Assembly: GCA_902589315.1 (NCBI GenBank)
Contig: CACISK010000001.1
Span: 133,504-197,503, forward strand
Origin: an uncultured Pelagibacteraceae bacterium
GTDB taxonomy: Bacteria > Pseudomonadota > Alphaproteobacteria > Pelagibacterales > Pelagibacteraceae
Direction: 5' to 3'
DNA: 64,000 bases
In this document: positions 1 through 10,811 of the stretch, piece after piece
How the letters are laid out: each line of letters opens with the position of its first letter
Numbering within the stretch: the stretch's first letter is position 1
Made by a program: the position numbers and the translations under genes
The notes under the pieces: generated by a model
What the model saw: the letters and a program-made list of their open reading frames with translations, nothing else
What the model was told of the DNA's origin: nothing
The model's database searches: none

Positions 1-435
1 GAGCAAGTAAAAGCTCTATGTGATGGTAAAATTGATGCGTTTGGATATTCAGTAGGTTTTCCAAATGGGGCAATGGAACAAGCGGCAACATGTGCAGCTA
101 AAGCAATGCCAATCAATTTAACAGGAGATGTAATTGATGGAATTATTAGTGGAGCTGATTATTATGCATCTGCAACAATTCCAAAAGGTACTTATACTAA
201 ACAGAAAAAAGATGTAACTACATTTGGTGTTAAAGCTACTGTAGTAACAAGTATGGATGTTTCTGAGGATTTAGTTTATCAGGTTACAAAAGCTGTTTTT
301 GAAAATTTTGATGATTTTAGAAAACAACATCCAGCTTTCGCTCCTTTAGAGAAAAAAAATATGATAGCTGATGGTTTATCAGCACCACTTCATCCTGGAG
401 CTGTTAAATATTATAAAGAAGCTGGTTTAATGTAA
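1..435 (+). CDS. TAXI-family TRAP transporter solute-binding subunit (5' truncated by window)
   Basis: Frame is open from base 1 (EQVKALCDGKIDAF...). C-terminal APLHPGAVKYYKEAG is typical of TAXI. A fused TRAP permease follows. Confidence 0.9.
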   Translation, partial: EQVKALCDGKIDAFGYSVGFPNGAMEQAATCAAKAMPINLTGDVIDGIISGADYYASATIPKGTYTKQKKDVTTFGVKATVVTSMDVSEDLVYQVTKAVFENFDDFRKQHPAFAPLEKKNMIADGLSAPLHPGAVKYYKEAGLM

Positions 436-455
436 TTAAATCTATATAAAAATTT

Positions 456-487
456 AGGCCCAATATATCTATTGGGCCTTTTTTTTT
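456..487 (+). terminator. Intrinsic terminator-like hairpin after TAXI gene
   Basis: Perfect 10-bp stem AGGCCCAATA/TATTGGGCCT with a 4-nt loop, followed by a T8 run. Confidence 0.8.
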
Positions 488-501
488 ATATATTAAGCTG
501 A

Positions 502-2823
502 ATGTCAGCAGACATAGATAAAAAAATTGAAAATAAGATTAAAGAAGATCTTTCCCCCACAAGAAACCTAACAGGTTTTCATTTAAAGTTAGTTGCTATT
601 ATTGCAATAACCTGGTCTTTATTTCAGCTTTGGTATGCTTCTCCATTTCCATTTTGGTTAAATTTTGGAATGTTTAAAGGTTTACCAGCTAGAGCAATTC
701 ATCTTGGCTTTGCACTTTTACTTGCTTTTTTAATATTTCCATATGCAAGGGGTAAAAAAGTAAATTTTATAGATATATTAATTGCAATAACAGGTGCAAT
801 TTGTTGTTTTTATATTTATGTTTTTTATGATCAATTAGTAGATAGGGGTGGAATATTACTTAAAATAAATCTTTCCGATAATTTTACTATTCCAATTGAG
901 TTAATACTCGGAATAATTGGAATATTAATTCTTCTAGAGGCTACACGCAGAGTAATAGGTGTCCCATTAGTTGTTATTGCAGTTTGTTTTTTGTTATTTT
1001 CTTATTTTGGGCAATATGCACCAGACATAATTTCTCATGGTGGATTATCATTAAAAAGGTTAGTTGGTTTTCAATGGTTTGATCAAGAAGCTATTTTCGG
1101 AATTCCGATAGGTGTTTCTGTAGATTTCATATTTCTCTTTGTACTTTTTGGAGCACTTTTAGAAACTGCTGGAGGGGGTAAATATTTTTTGGATTTAGCT
1201 TTTGCAATGGTTGGAAAAATGCGAGGTGGTCCTGCTAAGGCAGCTATTCTTGGATCTGGTATGACAGGATTAATCTCAGGATCATCAATTGCTAATACAG
1301 TTACAACTGGAACATTTACAATTCCAATTATGAAAAAGACAGGCTTTTCAAAAGAAAAAGCGGGTGCAATCGAAGTATCTTCATCAGTTAATGGTCAAAT
1401 AATGCCTCCAGTTATGGGAGCAGCAGCTTTTGTGATGGCAAGTTTTATTGGTGTTACATATTTTGAAGTTGTCAAACACGCTTTTTTACCAGCTATAATT
1501 TCTTACATTGCACTATTTTATATATCTCACCTTGAAGCACTTAAATTAAATTTGAAAGGTATGGATGAAAACGATATTCCAAAATTGAAAAAAACATTTT
1601 TAGAAGGAATACATTTTTTAGTTCCAATATTTGTTCTTATATATCTACTAGTTTATATGAGGCTTACAGCTTCATACTCTATTTTTTTTGCCACAATAAC
1701 TCTAATTATAGTCAATCTTTTAAATAAAATTTTTAAAGAAAAGAACTTTAAGAATGCTTTAATATATTGGTACAACCAAACTGTTGTTGGTTTCGAAAAG
1801 GGTGCCTTGAATATGGTTAGTGTTGGAATAGCAATTGCAACAGCAGGTATTATAGTTGGTGCAGTTGGATCTACAGGTTTGAGTACTAATTTAATAATTG
1901 TAATCGAGTCGATTGCTAAAGATAATGTTATTATTCTTTTATTTTTAACTATTATTTTGTGTTTACTATTGGGTATGGGTTTACCAACTACGGCAAACTA
2001 CGTTGTTGTAGCATCTTTAATGGCAACTGTTCTTGTAGATGTTGGAAATGCATCAGGATTTATTTTTCCTTTAATTGCGGTTCATTTATTCGTATTCTAT
2101 TTTGGCCTTATGGCAGACGTAACGCCTCCAGTTGGCTTAGCATCTTACGCAGCAGCTGCTATTTCTGGTGGAGACCCGTTAAAAACAGGAGCTCAGGCAT
2201 TTTGGTATAGTCTGAGAACAGGAATACTTCCTATTGTATTTTTATTTAACAGCGAGTTATTATTAATTGGTATTGAAAGTATATGGCATGGCTTAATGGT
2301 CATAGCAACCTCATTGATTGGAATTTTAGTATTTACTTCTGCTACACAGGGGTGGTTTATAAATAAACTGAGATGGTACGAAATAATTATCTTTTTAATA
2401 ATTTCAATATCATTATTATCTCCAGAATTTATTCTAAATAAATTTTACCCAAAATATAACTATTTAAGCTTTGAAGAAATAAACAAAAAACAGTTTGATT
2501 ATAATAAAGAGATAAGAATTAAAATTACAAGACTCACAGAGTATGGCGAAAGATATAAATTATTTGTAATTGAAAAAAATAGTTTTGATGAAAATTTCAG
2601 TTTAGATGATTATGGAATGAGCTTAGTTGCAGAAGATAATAAAACTATAATTGATACTTTAAAATGGAATGGAATTGCAAAAAAATCTGGTTTAGATATG
2701 GGAGATATTATTAATGAATTTAAAATTGAAAATCAGAATAGACCAAAAAAAGAAATAATTTATCCTATTGCTCTCATTCTTTTATCAATCTTTGGTTATT
2801 TAAATATAAGAAGAAGAATTTAG
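502..2823 (+). CDS. TRAP transporter 4TM/12TM fused permease
   Basis: Many TM segments. Motifs GGPAKAA, GQIMPPVMGAAAF, LGMGLPTTANY, DVTPPVGLA. Confidence 0.92.
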   Translation: MSADIDKKIENKIKEDLSPTRNLTGFHLKLVAIIAITWSLFQLWYASPFPFWLNFGMFKGLPARAIHLGFALLLAFLIFPYARGKKVNFIDILIAITGAICCFYIYVFYDQLVDRGGILLKINLSDNFTIPIELILGIIGILILLEATRRVIGVPLVVIAVCFLLFSYFGQYAPDIISHGGLSLKRLVGFQWFDQEAIFGIPIGVSVDFIFLFVLFGALLETAGGGKYFLDLAFAMVGKMRGGPAKAAILGSGMTGLISGSSIANTVTTGTFTIPIMKKTGFSKEKAGAIEVSSSVNGQIMPPVMGAAAFVMASFIGVTYFEVVKHAFLPAIISYIALFYISHLEALKLNLKGMDENDIPKLKKTFLEGIHFLVPIFVLIYLLVYMRLTASYSIFFATITLIIVNLLNKIFKEKNFKNALIYWYNQTVVGFEKGALNMVSVGIAIATAGIIVGAVGSTGLSTNLIIVIESIAKDNVIILLFLTIILCLLLGMGLPTTANYVVVASLMATVLVDVGNASGFIFPLIAVHLFVFYFGLMADVTPPVGLASYAAAAISGGDPLKTGAQAFWYSLRTGILPIVFLFNSELLLIGIESIWHGLMVIATSLIGILVFTSATQGWFINKLRWYEIIIFLIISISLLSPEFILNKFYPKYNYLSFEEINKKQFDYNKEIRIKITRLTEYGERYKLFVIEKNSFDENFSLDDYGMSLVAEDNKTIIDTLKWNGIAKKSGLDMGDIINEFKIENQNRPKKEIIYPIALILLSIFGYLNIRRRI

Positions 2824-3239
2824 CTTAGACCTGCATGTGGTAACTTACGTTGTAGTATTTTCCAAATACCTGTAGCAGATGCAATTATTTTACCTTTACA
2901 TTCTAAATAGCACTCTAAAAAAACCATACTTTTTGTTTTTTTTTTAATTTTTACATATCCAAAAATTTCATCACCAATTGTTGAAGGTCCTATAAAGTTA
3001 ATATTAAGTGTTATAGTTACACAAGGTTGATTACCCGAAATTCTATGGGCTCCAGATCCACACCCAGTATCTATAATCGATGCTATATACCCACCATGAG
3101 TTATTCCAGCTCTGTTAAGATGGTTTTTTTTTATTTTAGTTTTAAATTCATATTTAGTTTTTGAGATATCTCTTAGTAGCAAACCTCCATTGTGTCTCAT
3201 GAAACCTTTTTTAACGCTAATTTGTTTAAATTTTTTCAT
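2820..3239 (-). CDS. PaaI-family (hotdog fold) thioesterase
   Basis: HLNRAGITHGGYIASIID motif. Confidence 0.85.
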   Translation of the reverse strand: MKKFKQISVKKGFMRHNGGLLLRDISKTKYEFKTKIKKNHLNRAGITHGGYIASIIDTGCGSGAHRISGNQPCVTITLNINFIGPSTIGDEIFGYVKIKKKTKSMVFLECYLECKGKIIASATGIWKILQRKLPHAGLS

Positions 3240-3335
3240 TAAATTATTAAAGTTATTAAAAATAATATTATTAACACTATTGCAAAAAAATAAATTACAG
3301 ATTTTTGCAAAGATATTTTCATTTTTCCTTCTTTT

Positions 3336-3412
3336 TGGTGCGCCTGCTAGGAGTCGAACCCAGAACCTCCTGGTCCGTAGCCAAGCGCTCTATCCAATTG
3401 AGCTACAGGCGC
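3336..3412 (-). tRNA. tRNA-Arg(ACG)
   Basis: Cloverleaf GCGCCTG...CAGGCGC-A-CCA, anticodon loop CT-ACG-GA, T-loop TTCGACT. Confidence 0.95.
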
Positions 3413-3523
3413 TAAATATAATCTATTCTTTTAACATTTATTATTAATTTTACTAAATTATAATAATGGTCAAAAATATACATCTATTAAAAGTAAATAA
3501 TATATATATATACAAATAGCTAA

Positions 3524-6500
3524 ATGAGTGAAAAATTACTAGTTCCAGATATAGGAGATTTTGAAGAGGTAGAAATCATAGAAATTCTTGTAAAAGAAGG
3601 AGATAAAATCTCTAAAAATGACCCTGTAATAACTTTAGAAAGTGATAAATCAAGTGTTGAAGTACCATCTACTTTTGAGGGTGTTGTAGATACTATTAAT
3701 ATAAAAATTGGTGATAAAGTTTCTAAAGGAGATTTGATACTAACATTATCTTCTGAGAATAGAACTCAGCAAAAACAAGAATCTATTGAAAGGATACCAC
3801 CCGCAACAGAAAAAATAATTGCGGAAGCAGAAGATTCTAATGGATATAATAATTCTGATTTAGATACTAGTGCACATAAAGAGATCAAAGTAGAAAATAC
3901 ACAAGTAGAAGAACATAATAAAAGATTAGAAATAGTTGAAAATAATAATGATATTGATCCTCAAGAGACAAAAGAATGGTTAGAATCTTTGTCTGCTGTA
4001 GTACATTCTGAAGGACCTGAGAGAGCTCATTTTTTAATTAAACAATTAATTGATCAGGCATATAAAGAGGGATCGAATATACCCTACACACAAAATACAC
4101 CATACATAAACACTATACCAGCAGATGAAGAGATAAAATCTCCAGGCGATCAAAATATTGAAAGAAAAATCAGAGCATTAATTCGATGGAATTCAGCAGT
4201 GATGGTTGTCAGAGCCAACATGAGAGATCCTTCGTTAGGAGGTCACATTGGGACATTTGCTTCAGCAGCAACTCTTTATGATATAGGTATGAATCATTTT
4301 TGGAGAGCTAAAAGCAACAAATTTGGTGGAGATTTAATTTATTTCCAAGGACATTCAGCGCCAGGAATTTACGCTAGAGCTTTTTTGGAAGGAAGACTTG
4401 AAGAAAAGCAATTAGATAGATTCAGACAAGAAGTTTACCCTGGAGGTTTATCATCTTATCCCCATCCATGGCTGATGCCTAAGTTTTGGCAGTTTCCAAC
4501 TGTTTCTATGGGTCTTGGACCAATGATGGCAACCTATCAGGCTAGATTTATGAAATATCTTATTAATAGAAAATTAATAAAAGATGAGAATAGAAAAGTT
4601 TGGTCTTTCTTAGGAGATGGTGAAATAGACGAGCCAGAAGCTCTAGGATCTATTGGTTTAGCAGCAAGAGAAAAGTTAGATAACTTGATTTATGTCGTGA
4701 ACTGCAACCTACAAAGATTAGATGGTCCAGTAAGAGGCAATGGTAAAATTATTCAAGAATTAGAGGGAATTTTTAGAGGAGCTGGCTGGAATGTAATTAA
4801 AGTCATTTGGGGGTCATATTGGGATACTTTACTTGCAAATGATAAATCCGGTTTACTTGTAAAAAGAATGAACGAAGCAGTCGATGGAGAATACCAAGCC
4901 TTTAAAGCAAAAGGTGGTTTATACGTTAGAGATAACTTTTTTGGGAAATACCCTGAACTTAAAAATCTAGTTGCAAGTTATACGGATAGCGATATTTGGA
5001 AATTAAATAGAGGTGGTCATGACCCACATAAAGTTTATGCTGCTTATCATAAAGCTGTTAATACAAAAGACAGACCAACAGTCATATTAGCTAAAACAAT
5101 TAAAGGATATGGTATGGGAAAATCTGGTGAAAGTATAAATACAACCCATCAGCAAAAAAAATTAGGTGTAGATGATTTACTTTATTACAGAGATAGATTT
5201 GATGTTCCATTAACAGATGAACAAGTCAAAAATATAGAATACTTTAGACCTGATGAAAATTCAGAGGAAATAAAATACTTAAAAAAAAGAAGATTAGCTT
5301 TAGGAGGATATATTCCCGAGAGATCATCTTTTTCGAAACCAATCAAAACACCAAGTAATGATATTTTTGACTTTATGAAAAAATCAACTGGTGAAAAAGA
5401 AATGTCAACTACTATGGCACTTGTTAGGATGTTGACTAATTTGTTAAGAGATAAAAATGTTGCTCCGAGACTTGTTCCAATAATCCCTGATGAAGCAAGA
5501 ACATTTGGTATGGAAGGTTTTTTCCAAAAAATAGGTATATATGCGCACGAAGGTCAAAAATATGAGCCAGAGGACTCAGCTCAATTAAGCTCTTACAAGG
5601 AAGAGAAAAGTGGTCAAGTTTTAGAGGAAGGAATAAATGAGGCTGGATCCATGGCATCATGGATAGCTGCAGGAACATCGTATTCAAATCATGATATAGA
5701 AATGATACCAATTTATCTTTTTTATTCTATGTTTGGTTTTCAAAGAACTGGCGATTTTGCGTGGGCAGCTGGAGATAGTCAAACAAGAGGATTTCTAATT
5801 GGAGCTACAGCTGGAAGAACAACTTTGGCTGGAGAAGGCCTTCAACACCAAGATGGTCATAGTCATTTATTAGCATCAACAATTCCAAATTGTGTTTCTT
5901 ATGATCCAACCTTTCATTATGAATTAGCTACAATTTTTAAAGAAGGTTTAAGAAGAATGCATGAAAAACATGAAAATATTTTTTACTACATTACAACAAT
6001 GAATGAAAATTATTCTCATCCAGAGATGCCTAAAGATTGTGAAGAAGGCATATTAAAAGGGATGTATAAAATAAAAGATTTCAACAAGAATAAAAAAAAT
6101 AAGATTCAATTATTGGGTTCAGGAACAATTTTAAGAGAAATGATGGATGCAGCAGAAATTTTACAAAATGAATATCAAGTTGATAGTGAAGTATGGAGTG
6201 TTACCAGTTTTAATGAATTAAGAAGAGATGGACTTGAAACAGAAAGGCATAATTTGCTTAATCCAGGAGGAGAAAAAAAAATCTCTTACGTTGAAAAATG
6301 CCTTGGAAAAACCGAAGGTCCTATTTTAGCAGCTTCAGATTACATGAGAATGAATTCTGACCAAATAAGACCTTACATAAATAAAAGTTTTTATTCATTG
6401 GGTACAGATGGATTTGGTAGAAGTGATACAAGAAAAAATCTAAGAAAATTTTTTGAAGTCGATAAAGAGCATATAGTTGCATATGGCTTAAGCATTTTAT

Positions 6501-6592
6501 CTAATGAACAATTAATTGCTTCTAAACATGCGGTAGATGCAATTAAAAAATATAAAATTGATAAAGATAAGCCTATGCCCGCAAAATTATAA
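3524..6592 (+). CDS. aceE: Pyruvate dehydrogenase E1 (homodimeric) with N-terminal lipoyl domain
   Basis: DIDPQETKEWLESL, YFQGHSAPG, TPP motif GDGE...NCNLQRLDG. N-terminal ESDKS lipoyl motif. Confidence 0.95.
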   Translation: MSEKLLVPDIGDFEEVEIIEILVKEGDKISKNDPVITLESDKSSVEVPSTFEGVVDTINIKIGDKVSKGDLILTLSSENRTQQKQESIERIPPATEKIIAEAEDSNGYNNSDLDTSAHKEIKVENTQVEEHNKRLEIVENNNDIDPQETKEWLESLSAVVHSEGPERAHFLIKQLIDQAYKEGSNIPYTQNTPYINTIPADEEIKSPGDQNIERKIRALIRWNSAVMVVRANMRDPSLGGHIGTFASAATLYDIGMNHFWRAKSNKFGGDLIYFQGHSAPGIYARAFLEGRLEEKQLDRFRQEVYPGGLSSYPHPWLMPKFWQFPTVSMGLGPMMATYQARFMKYLINRKLIKDENRKVWSFLGDGEIDEPEALGSIGLAAREKLDNLIYVVNCNLQRLDGPVRGNGKIIQELEGIFRGAGWNVIKVIWGSYWDTLLANDKSGLLVKRMNEAVDGEYQAFKAKGGLYVRDNFFGKYPELKNLVASYTDSDIWKLNRGGHDPHKVYAAYHKAVNTKDRPTVILAKTIKGYGMGKSGESINTTHQQKKLGVDDLLYYRDRFDVPLTDEQVKNIEYFRPDENSEEIKYLKKRRLALGGYIPERSSFSKPIKTPSNDIFDFMKKSTGEKEMSTTMALVRMLTNLLRDKNVAPRLVPIIPDEARTFGMEGFFQKIGIYAHEGQKYEPEDSAQLSSYKEEKSGQVLEEGINEAGSMASWIAAGTSYSNHDIEMIPIYLFYSMFGFQRTGDFAWAAGDSQTRGFLIGATAGRTTLAGEGLQHQDGHSHLLASTIPNCVSYDPTFHYELATIFKEGLRRMHEKHENIFYYITTMNENYSHPEMPKDCEEGILKGMYKIKDFNKNKKNKIQLLGSGTILREMMDAAEILQNEYQVDSEVWSVTSFNELRRDGLETERHNLLNPGGEKKISYVEKCLGKTEGPILAASDYMRMNSDQIRPYINKSFYSLGTDGFGRSDTRKNLRKFFEVDKEHIVAYGLSILSNEQLIASKHAVDAIKKYKIDKDKPMPAKL

Positions 6593-7875
6593 TGAGCGAG
6601 AAAGAAGTATTAGTTCCTAACATTGGCGATTTTAAAGATGTTGAAGTAATTGAGGTATTAATAGAAGCAGGATCAAATATTAATAAAGATGATCCAATAA
6701 TTACAATAGAAAGCGATAAATCAAGTGTTGAGATCCCAAGCCCATACTCAGGTAGTGTTAAAAAAGTTAATTTAAAAGTTGGTGATAAGGTTTCGGAGGG
6801 TTCATCAATACTAATAATTGGTTCAGAAGAAGAAAAACCAGATGAGCAAATTGAAGAAGAGGTCAAAGAGATTAAAGAAGAAACTATTATACAAAAACCA
6901 CCCGAAAAAGTAATTTCAAAACCAAAAGAAATATTAAAAAATAATAGAGTTAGTGTATTCAAATCAAGCAAAGCACTTGCTAGCCCAAAAACTAGAAAAT
7001 TTGCAAGAGAACTTGGTGTTGATATTAATAATATTACTGGATCACAAAGATCAGGAAGAATTATAGAGGAGGATATAAAAAAATTCGTATCTTCTAATTT
7101 TAATAAACCTCAAGAAGAAAAGAAGGCTCCATCTATAAAGCCCTCAGAATATGATCACGCTGATTTTGGAGATGTAGAAATTCAAGATATACCAAGAATT
7201 AAAAGAATTGCTGCTCCACATTTATCAAATTCTTGGCAAACAATACCGCATGTTACTAGTTGTGATGAAGCAGATATCACTGAGTTAGAAGAATTTAGAC
7301 AAAATTTGACTGATACTTTTACTGGAGAAAAAAAGAAAATTACTCCATTGGCATTTATTATAAAGGCAGTTGTGGAAGCTTTGAAAGTTTTTCCAAGATT
7401 TAATAGTTCTATTGACAATATTGAAAATGGAAAAATAACATTAAAAAAATACTTCCATGTAGGAATTGCAGTTGATACTCCCAATGGTTTAATGGTGCCA
7501 AAAATAAGAAATGCTAATCAAAAGAATATAGATCAAATAAGCAAGGATCTAAAAAAAGTTAGTGATGATTGCCGAAATTTGAAGATAGATAAAAAAGAGT
7601 TTTATGGAGGATCCATAACTATAACAAGCCTAGGCGGCATTGGAGGAACTTATTTTACTCCTATAATAAATTATCCTGAAGTTGCTATTTTAGGAATTGG
7701 AAGGACTTATATTAAACCTGTTTATATTGATGGACAATTTAAACCTAGAACAATGTTGCCTTTATCTCTCTCTTACGATCATAGAATAATTGACGGTGCT
7801 GAGGGTTCAAGATTTAATAATGAATTAAAAAATAACCTTGGTAAAAACTTTGCCTACAAATTAGCTAAGCAATGA
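6592..7875 (+). CDS. aceF: Dihydrolipoamide acetyltransferase E2
   Basis: One lipoyl domain (ESDKS), subunit-binding domain ASPKTRKFARELG, catalytic SYDHRIIDG. Confidence 0.93.
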   Translation: MSEKEVLVPNIGDFKDVEVIEVLIEAGSNINKDDPIITIESDKSSVEIPSPYSGSVKKVNLKVGDKVSEGSSILIIGSEEEKPDEQIEEEVKEIKEETIIQKPPEKVISKPKEILKNNRVSVFKSSKALASPKTRKFARELGVDINNITGSQRSGRIIEEDIKKFVSSNFNKPQEEKKAPSIKPSEYDHADFGDVEIQDIPRIKRIAAPHLSNSWQTIPHVTSCDEADITELEEFRQNLTDTFTGEKKKITPLAFIIKAVVEALKVFPRFNSSIDNIENGKITLKKYFHVGIAVDTPNGLMVPKIRNANQKNIDQISKDLKKVSDDCRNLKIDKKEFYGGSITITSLGGIGGTYFTPIINYPEVAILGIGRTYIKPVYIDGQFKPRTMLPLSLSYDHRIIDGAEGSRFNNELKNNLGKNFAYKLAKQ

Positions 7876-8969
7876 TTAAAAATTTTAAACTTTTAAATAA
7901 TAAAACTGTATTTTACTTTAATAACAATAAGTTTGAAACATTTCCTAATATTTGGTTAAGAGATCATATTAAAAATAAAGAAAACTGGGATTTTAAAACC
8001 AATCAAAGAATAACTTATACCGCAAATTTAGACATTAATATCAAAGTCAAAAAAGCAAAATTATTAAAAAAAGGGAAATTCATTGAAATATTATGGTCTG
8101 ATGAAAATAAACCAACTAAATATTCATATGAATTTTTAAAAAAAAATTCTTTAAAAAAAGAAGAAACTAAAAGTGATACTCAATTTTGGAAAGATAAAGA
8201 CATAAAAAATCAAATTTTCATAAACTATAAACAATTAAAAACTAGAGTTGGATTTAAAAATTTATTAAAAAAAATCAACATATACGGTTTTGCAGTTGTA
8301 AGAAATTGTTCAAAGAATTTAAACTCTGTTGAATATATAGCTAAAAAAATAGGTTATGTCAGAAATTCAATTTTTGGAGGATTGTGGACTTTTGAATCAA
8401 ATAATAAAAAAGCAGACAGTGCATATTCAAACCAAGAACTGAGACCACATACAGACTCTACATATAGTAATGATGCTCCAGGTTTACAATTACTGCTTTG
8501 TTGTAAGTATGATGCTAAAGGTGGAGAATCCATAATGGTAGATGGATTTAAATTGGCAAATGAGATCAAACAAAAATATAAAAAATATTTTAAAACTTTA
8601 ACAAATACAAAAGTTAAAGGTTCTTATATTGGTGATGGTGTTCGCCTTGAAGCAAAAAGACCAATAATAAAATTAAATGAAAAAAATAATTTTGATCAAA
8701 TTAGTTTTAACAATTACGATAGAGCACCTTTTAGAGAAAATAATCAGAAAACAATTGATTTTTATAAAGCAATTAAAGTATTTGATACGATGGCAAACCA
8801 AAAGCAATATCAGTGGAGGCATATTTTAAAACCTGGTGAATTACTAATTTTTAATAATTGGAGAGTAATGCATGGTAGAGGTGCATTTTCAGGTATAAGA
8901 AAAATGGCTGGTTGCTATATCAATAAAGAAGATTTTGATAGCTGTTGTAGAATGAATAATATTATCTAA
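7872..8969 (+). CDS. TauD-family Fe(II)/2OG dioxygenase, gamma-butyrobetaine hydroxylase/trimethyllysine dioxygenase-like
   Basis: IWLRDH N-terminal motif, HTD iron-binding motif, FNNWRVMHGR. Confidence 0.8.
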   Translation: MIKNFKLLNNKTVFYFNNNKFETFPNIWLRDHIKNKENWDFKTNQRITYTANLDINIKVKKAKLLKKGKFIEILWSDENKPTKYSYEFLKKNSLKKEETKSDTQFWKDKDIKNQIFINYKQLKTRVGFKNLLKKINIYGFAVVRNCSKNLNSVEYIAKKIGYVRNSIFGGLWTFESNNKKADSAYSNQELRPHTDSTYSNDAPGLQLLLCCKYDAKGGESIMVDGFKLANEIKQKYKKYFKTLTNTKVKGSYIGDGVRLEAKRPIIKLNEKNNFDQISFNNYDRAPFRENNQKTIDFYKAIKVFDTMANQKQYQWRHILKPGELLIFNNWRVMHGRGAFSGIRKMAGCYINKEDFDSCCRMNNII

Positions 8970-8983
8970 ATTTAATTAAATTA

Positions 8984-9871
8984 ATGTCCAAATCTACATC
9001 GCTAATATGCGCTTTGATAACAACATTTATTTGGGGCACTGCTTTCATTGCTCAAGACACAGGCATGGACAATATTGGTCCATTAACATTTAATGCATCT
9101 AGATTTTTTGTTGGTTTTCTTACAGTCCTGCCAATTGCTTTAATTTTAGAGAGAAAAAAAATTAATTATGAAATCAATTCTAATAGAAAATTATTTTTAA
9201 AATATTTATTTTTAATGGGTATATCATTATTTTTGGGTACCTACTTGCAGCAAGCTGCATTACAATATACAAATATAGCTAATGCAGCTTTCTTTACAGT
9301 TTTTTATGTTCCGTTAGTTCCAATTTTATTATTTTTTATTTATTCTATTAAAGTCCATTGGAGTCTTTGGCCTTCAATAGGTTTATGTATAATAGGTGTT
9401 TACCTATTAAGTGATTTTTCAAACTCAGAAATTATGATAGGTGATGCTTTAGTTATTCTATGCTCACTATTTTGGGCTTTACATATAATTTTCGCTGGAA
9501 AATTTATGGAGAAGTTTAATATACCAATTTTTTATGCAGCATTACAAGCAGCTCTTGTTTTTGGTTTATCTCTTATATTTGCTTTTATTTTAGAGGAAGT
9601 AGTTATTACAAAAATTTTAACTGAGTATATTTCAATATTATATGCAGGTGTTTTATCTGGAGGAATTGCTTTTACGTTACAAATGTTTGCACAGAAAAAT
9701 ATTGAAGAAGCTCCAGCAGCAATAATTTACTCTCTTGAAGGTGTCTTTGCAACAATTGCTGGATGGATTATTTTAAGTCAAGTTCTTAACATAAATAATA
9801 TTATAGGATGCGTATTAATACTTATTGCCGTAATATTTTCTCAAATTGCTCCAACATCCAAAAAATCATAA
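8984..9871 (+). CDS. EamA/DMT-family transporter
   Basis: About 10 TM segments, IWGTAF, two EamA-like halves. Confidence 0.88.
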   Translation: MSKSTSLICALITTFIWGTAFIAQDTGMDNIGPLTFNASRFFVGFLTVLPIALILERKKINYEINSNRKLFLKYLFLMGISLFLGTYLQQAALQYTNIANAAFFTVFYVPLVPILLFFIYSIKVHWSLWPSIGLCIIGVYLLSDFSNSEIMIGDALVILCSLFWALHIIFAGKFMEKFNIPIFYAALQAALVFGLSLIFAFILEEVVITKILTEYISILYAGVLSGGIAFTLQMFAQKNIEEAPAAIIYSLEGVFATIAGWIILSQVLNINNIIGCVLILIAVIFSQIAPTSKKS

Positions 9872-10633
9872 GTAAATAATTGAAAAAAGAATAATACTTA
9901 AAACTATTCTATAAATAACAAAAAAACTCAAACTAAACATTTTAACATAAATAAGAAAATATTTAATTGTAAAATAAGAAAATAAAAATGAAGCTGAAGT
10001 AGAAAAAATAAATATAGCATCAAAATTTATTTGATCATCAATAACATCTTTAAATCCTAAAACACTTGCACCTGCTAAAGCTGGAATTGACAAATAAAAA
10101 GCTATCTTTGATGACTCAACTCTGTCAAATTTTAAAAATCTTGAAGCTGTAATTACTATACCTGATCTACTGACTCCTGGAATAATAGCTAAAATCTGAA
10201 ATAACCCTATTATAATAATACTTTTAATATTTAATTCTGAAGAAATTTTATTTTTCAATTCAAACTTATCCGAAAAGTATAATAAAATTCCAAAAATTAA
10301 AGTTGTCCAAGCGACAATTTTTAAGTTTCTAAATTGATCAATTAAATTTGTGGAGTAAAAAATATAACCAACAATAACTAATGGTATAGACCCAAGAACT
10401 ATTAGTAGAAATATATTTTTATTATTTATGATATTTATTAACTCTTTTCTAAAAAATAAAATAATTGCTAACAAAGAACCTAAATGCAGACTAATATCTA
10501 ATTGAAGGTTGCTAACATTGAAGTCACTCATTCTTGATATAATTAAAAGATGTGCAGACGAGCTAACTGGAATAAACTCTGATATACCTTGAATAATTGA
10601 TAAAATTAGCGTTTCTATATATTTTGAAATCAT
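9866..10633 (-). CDS. uppP: Undecaprenyl-diphosphate phosphatase (BacA)
   Basis: QGISEFIPVSSSAH and PGVSRSG motifs. Start placed at the internal ATG 10633 (MISKY). Confidence 0.92.
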   Translation of the reverse strand: MISKYIETLILSIIQGISEFIPVSSSAHLLIISRMSDFNVSNLQLDISLHLGSLLAIILFFRKELINIINNKNIFLLIVLGSIPLVIVGYIFYSTNLIDQFRNLKIVAWTTLIFGILLYFSDKFELKNKISSELNIKSIIIIGLFQILAIIPGVSRSGIVITASRFLKFDRVESSKIAFYLSIPALAGASVLGFKDVIDDQINFDAIFIFSTSASFLFSYFTIKYFLIYVKMFSLSFFVIYRIVLSIILFSIIYL

Positions 10634-10811
10634 CAGATCCAATACTTCATAATGAAATTGTAACCAAATTAAAGCAATTACATATTTGCATATCATCTAT
10701 GCATAATAGGAAAAAACCTCTGATTTACTTTAGTTTTGTGAAATATTAGTCAATATTTATGACCTTGTAATTGTTTATTATTAAATTTTTATCGTATATA
10801 CAGCGTCCACC

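Noticed and set aside
3190-3447. 85-aa plus-strand ORF
   Set aside because: Overlaps tRNA-Arg and the thioesterase start on the opposite strand. Shadow ORF.
3499-3512. (TA)n run upstream of aceE
   Set aside because: Short and expected in very AT-rich intergenic DNA. No evidence for phase variation.
10634-10696. N-terminal extension of uppP
   Set aside because: Family motifs begin just after MISKY at 10633, so the extension is probably divergent promoter DNA.
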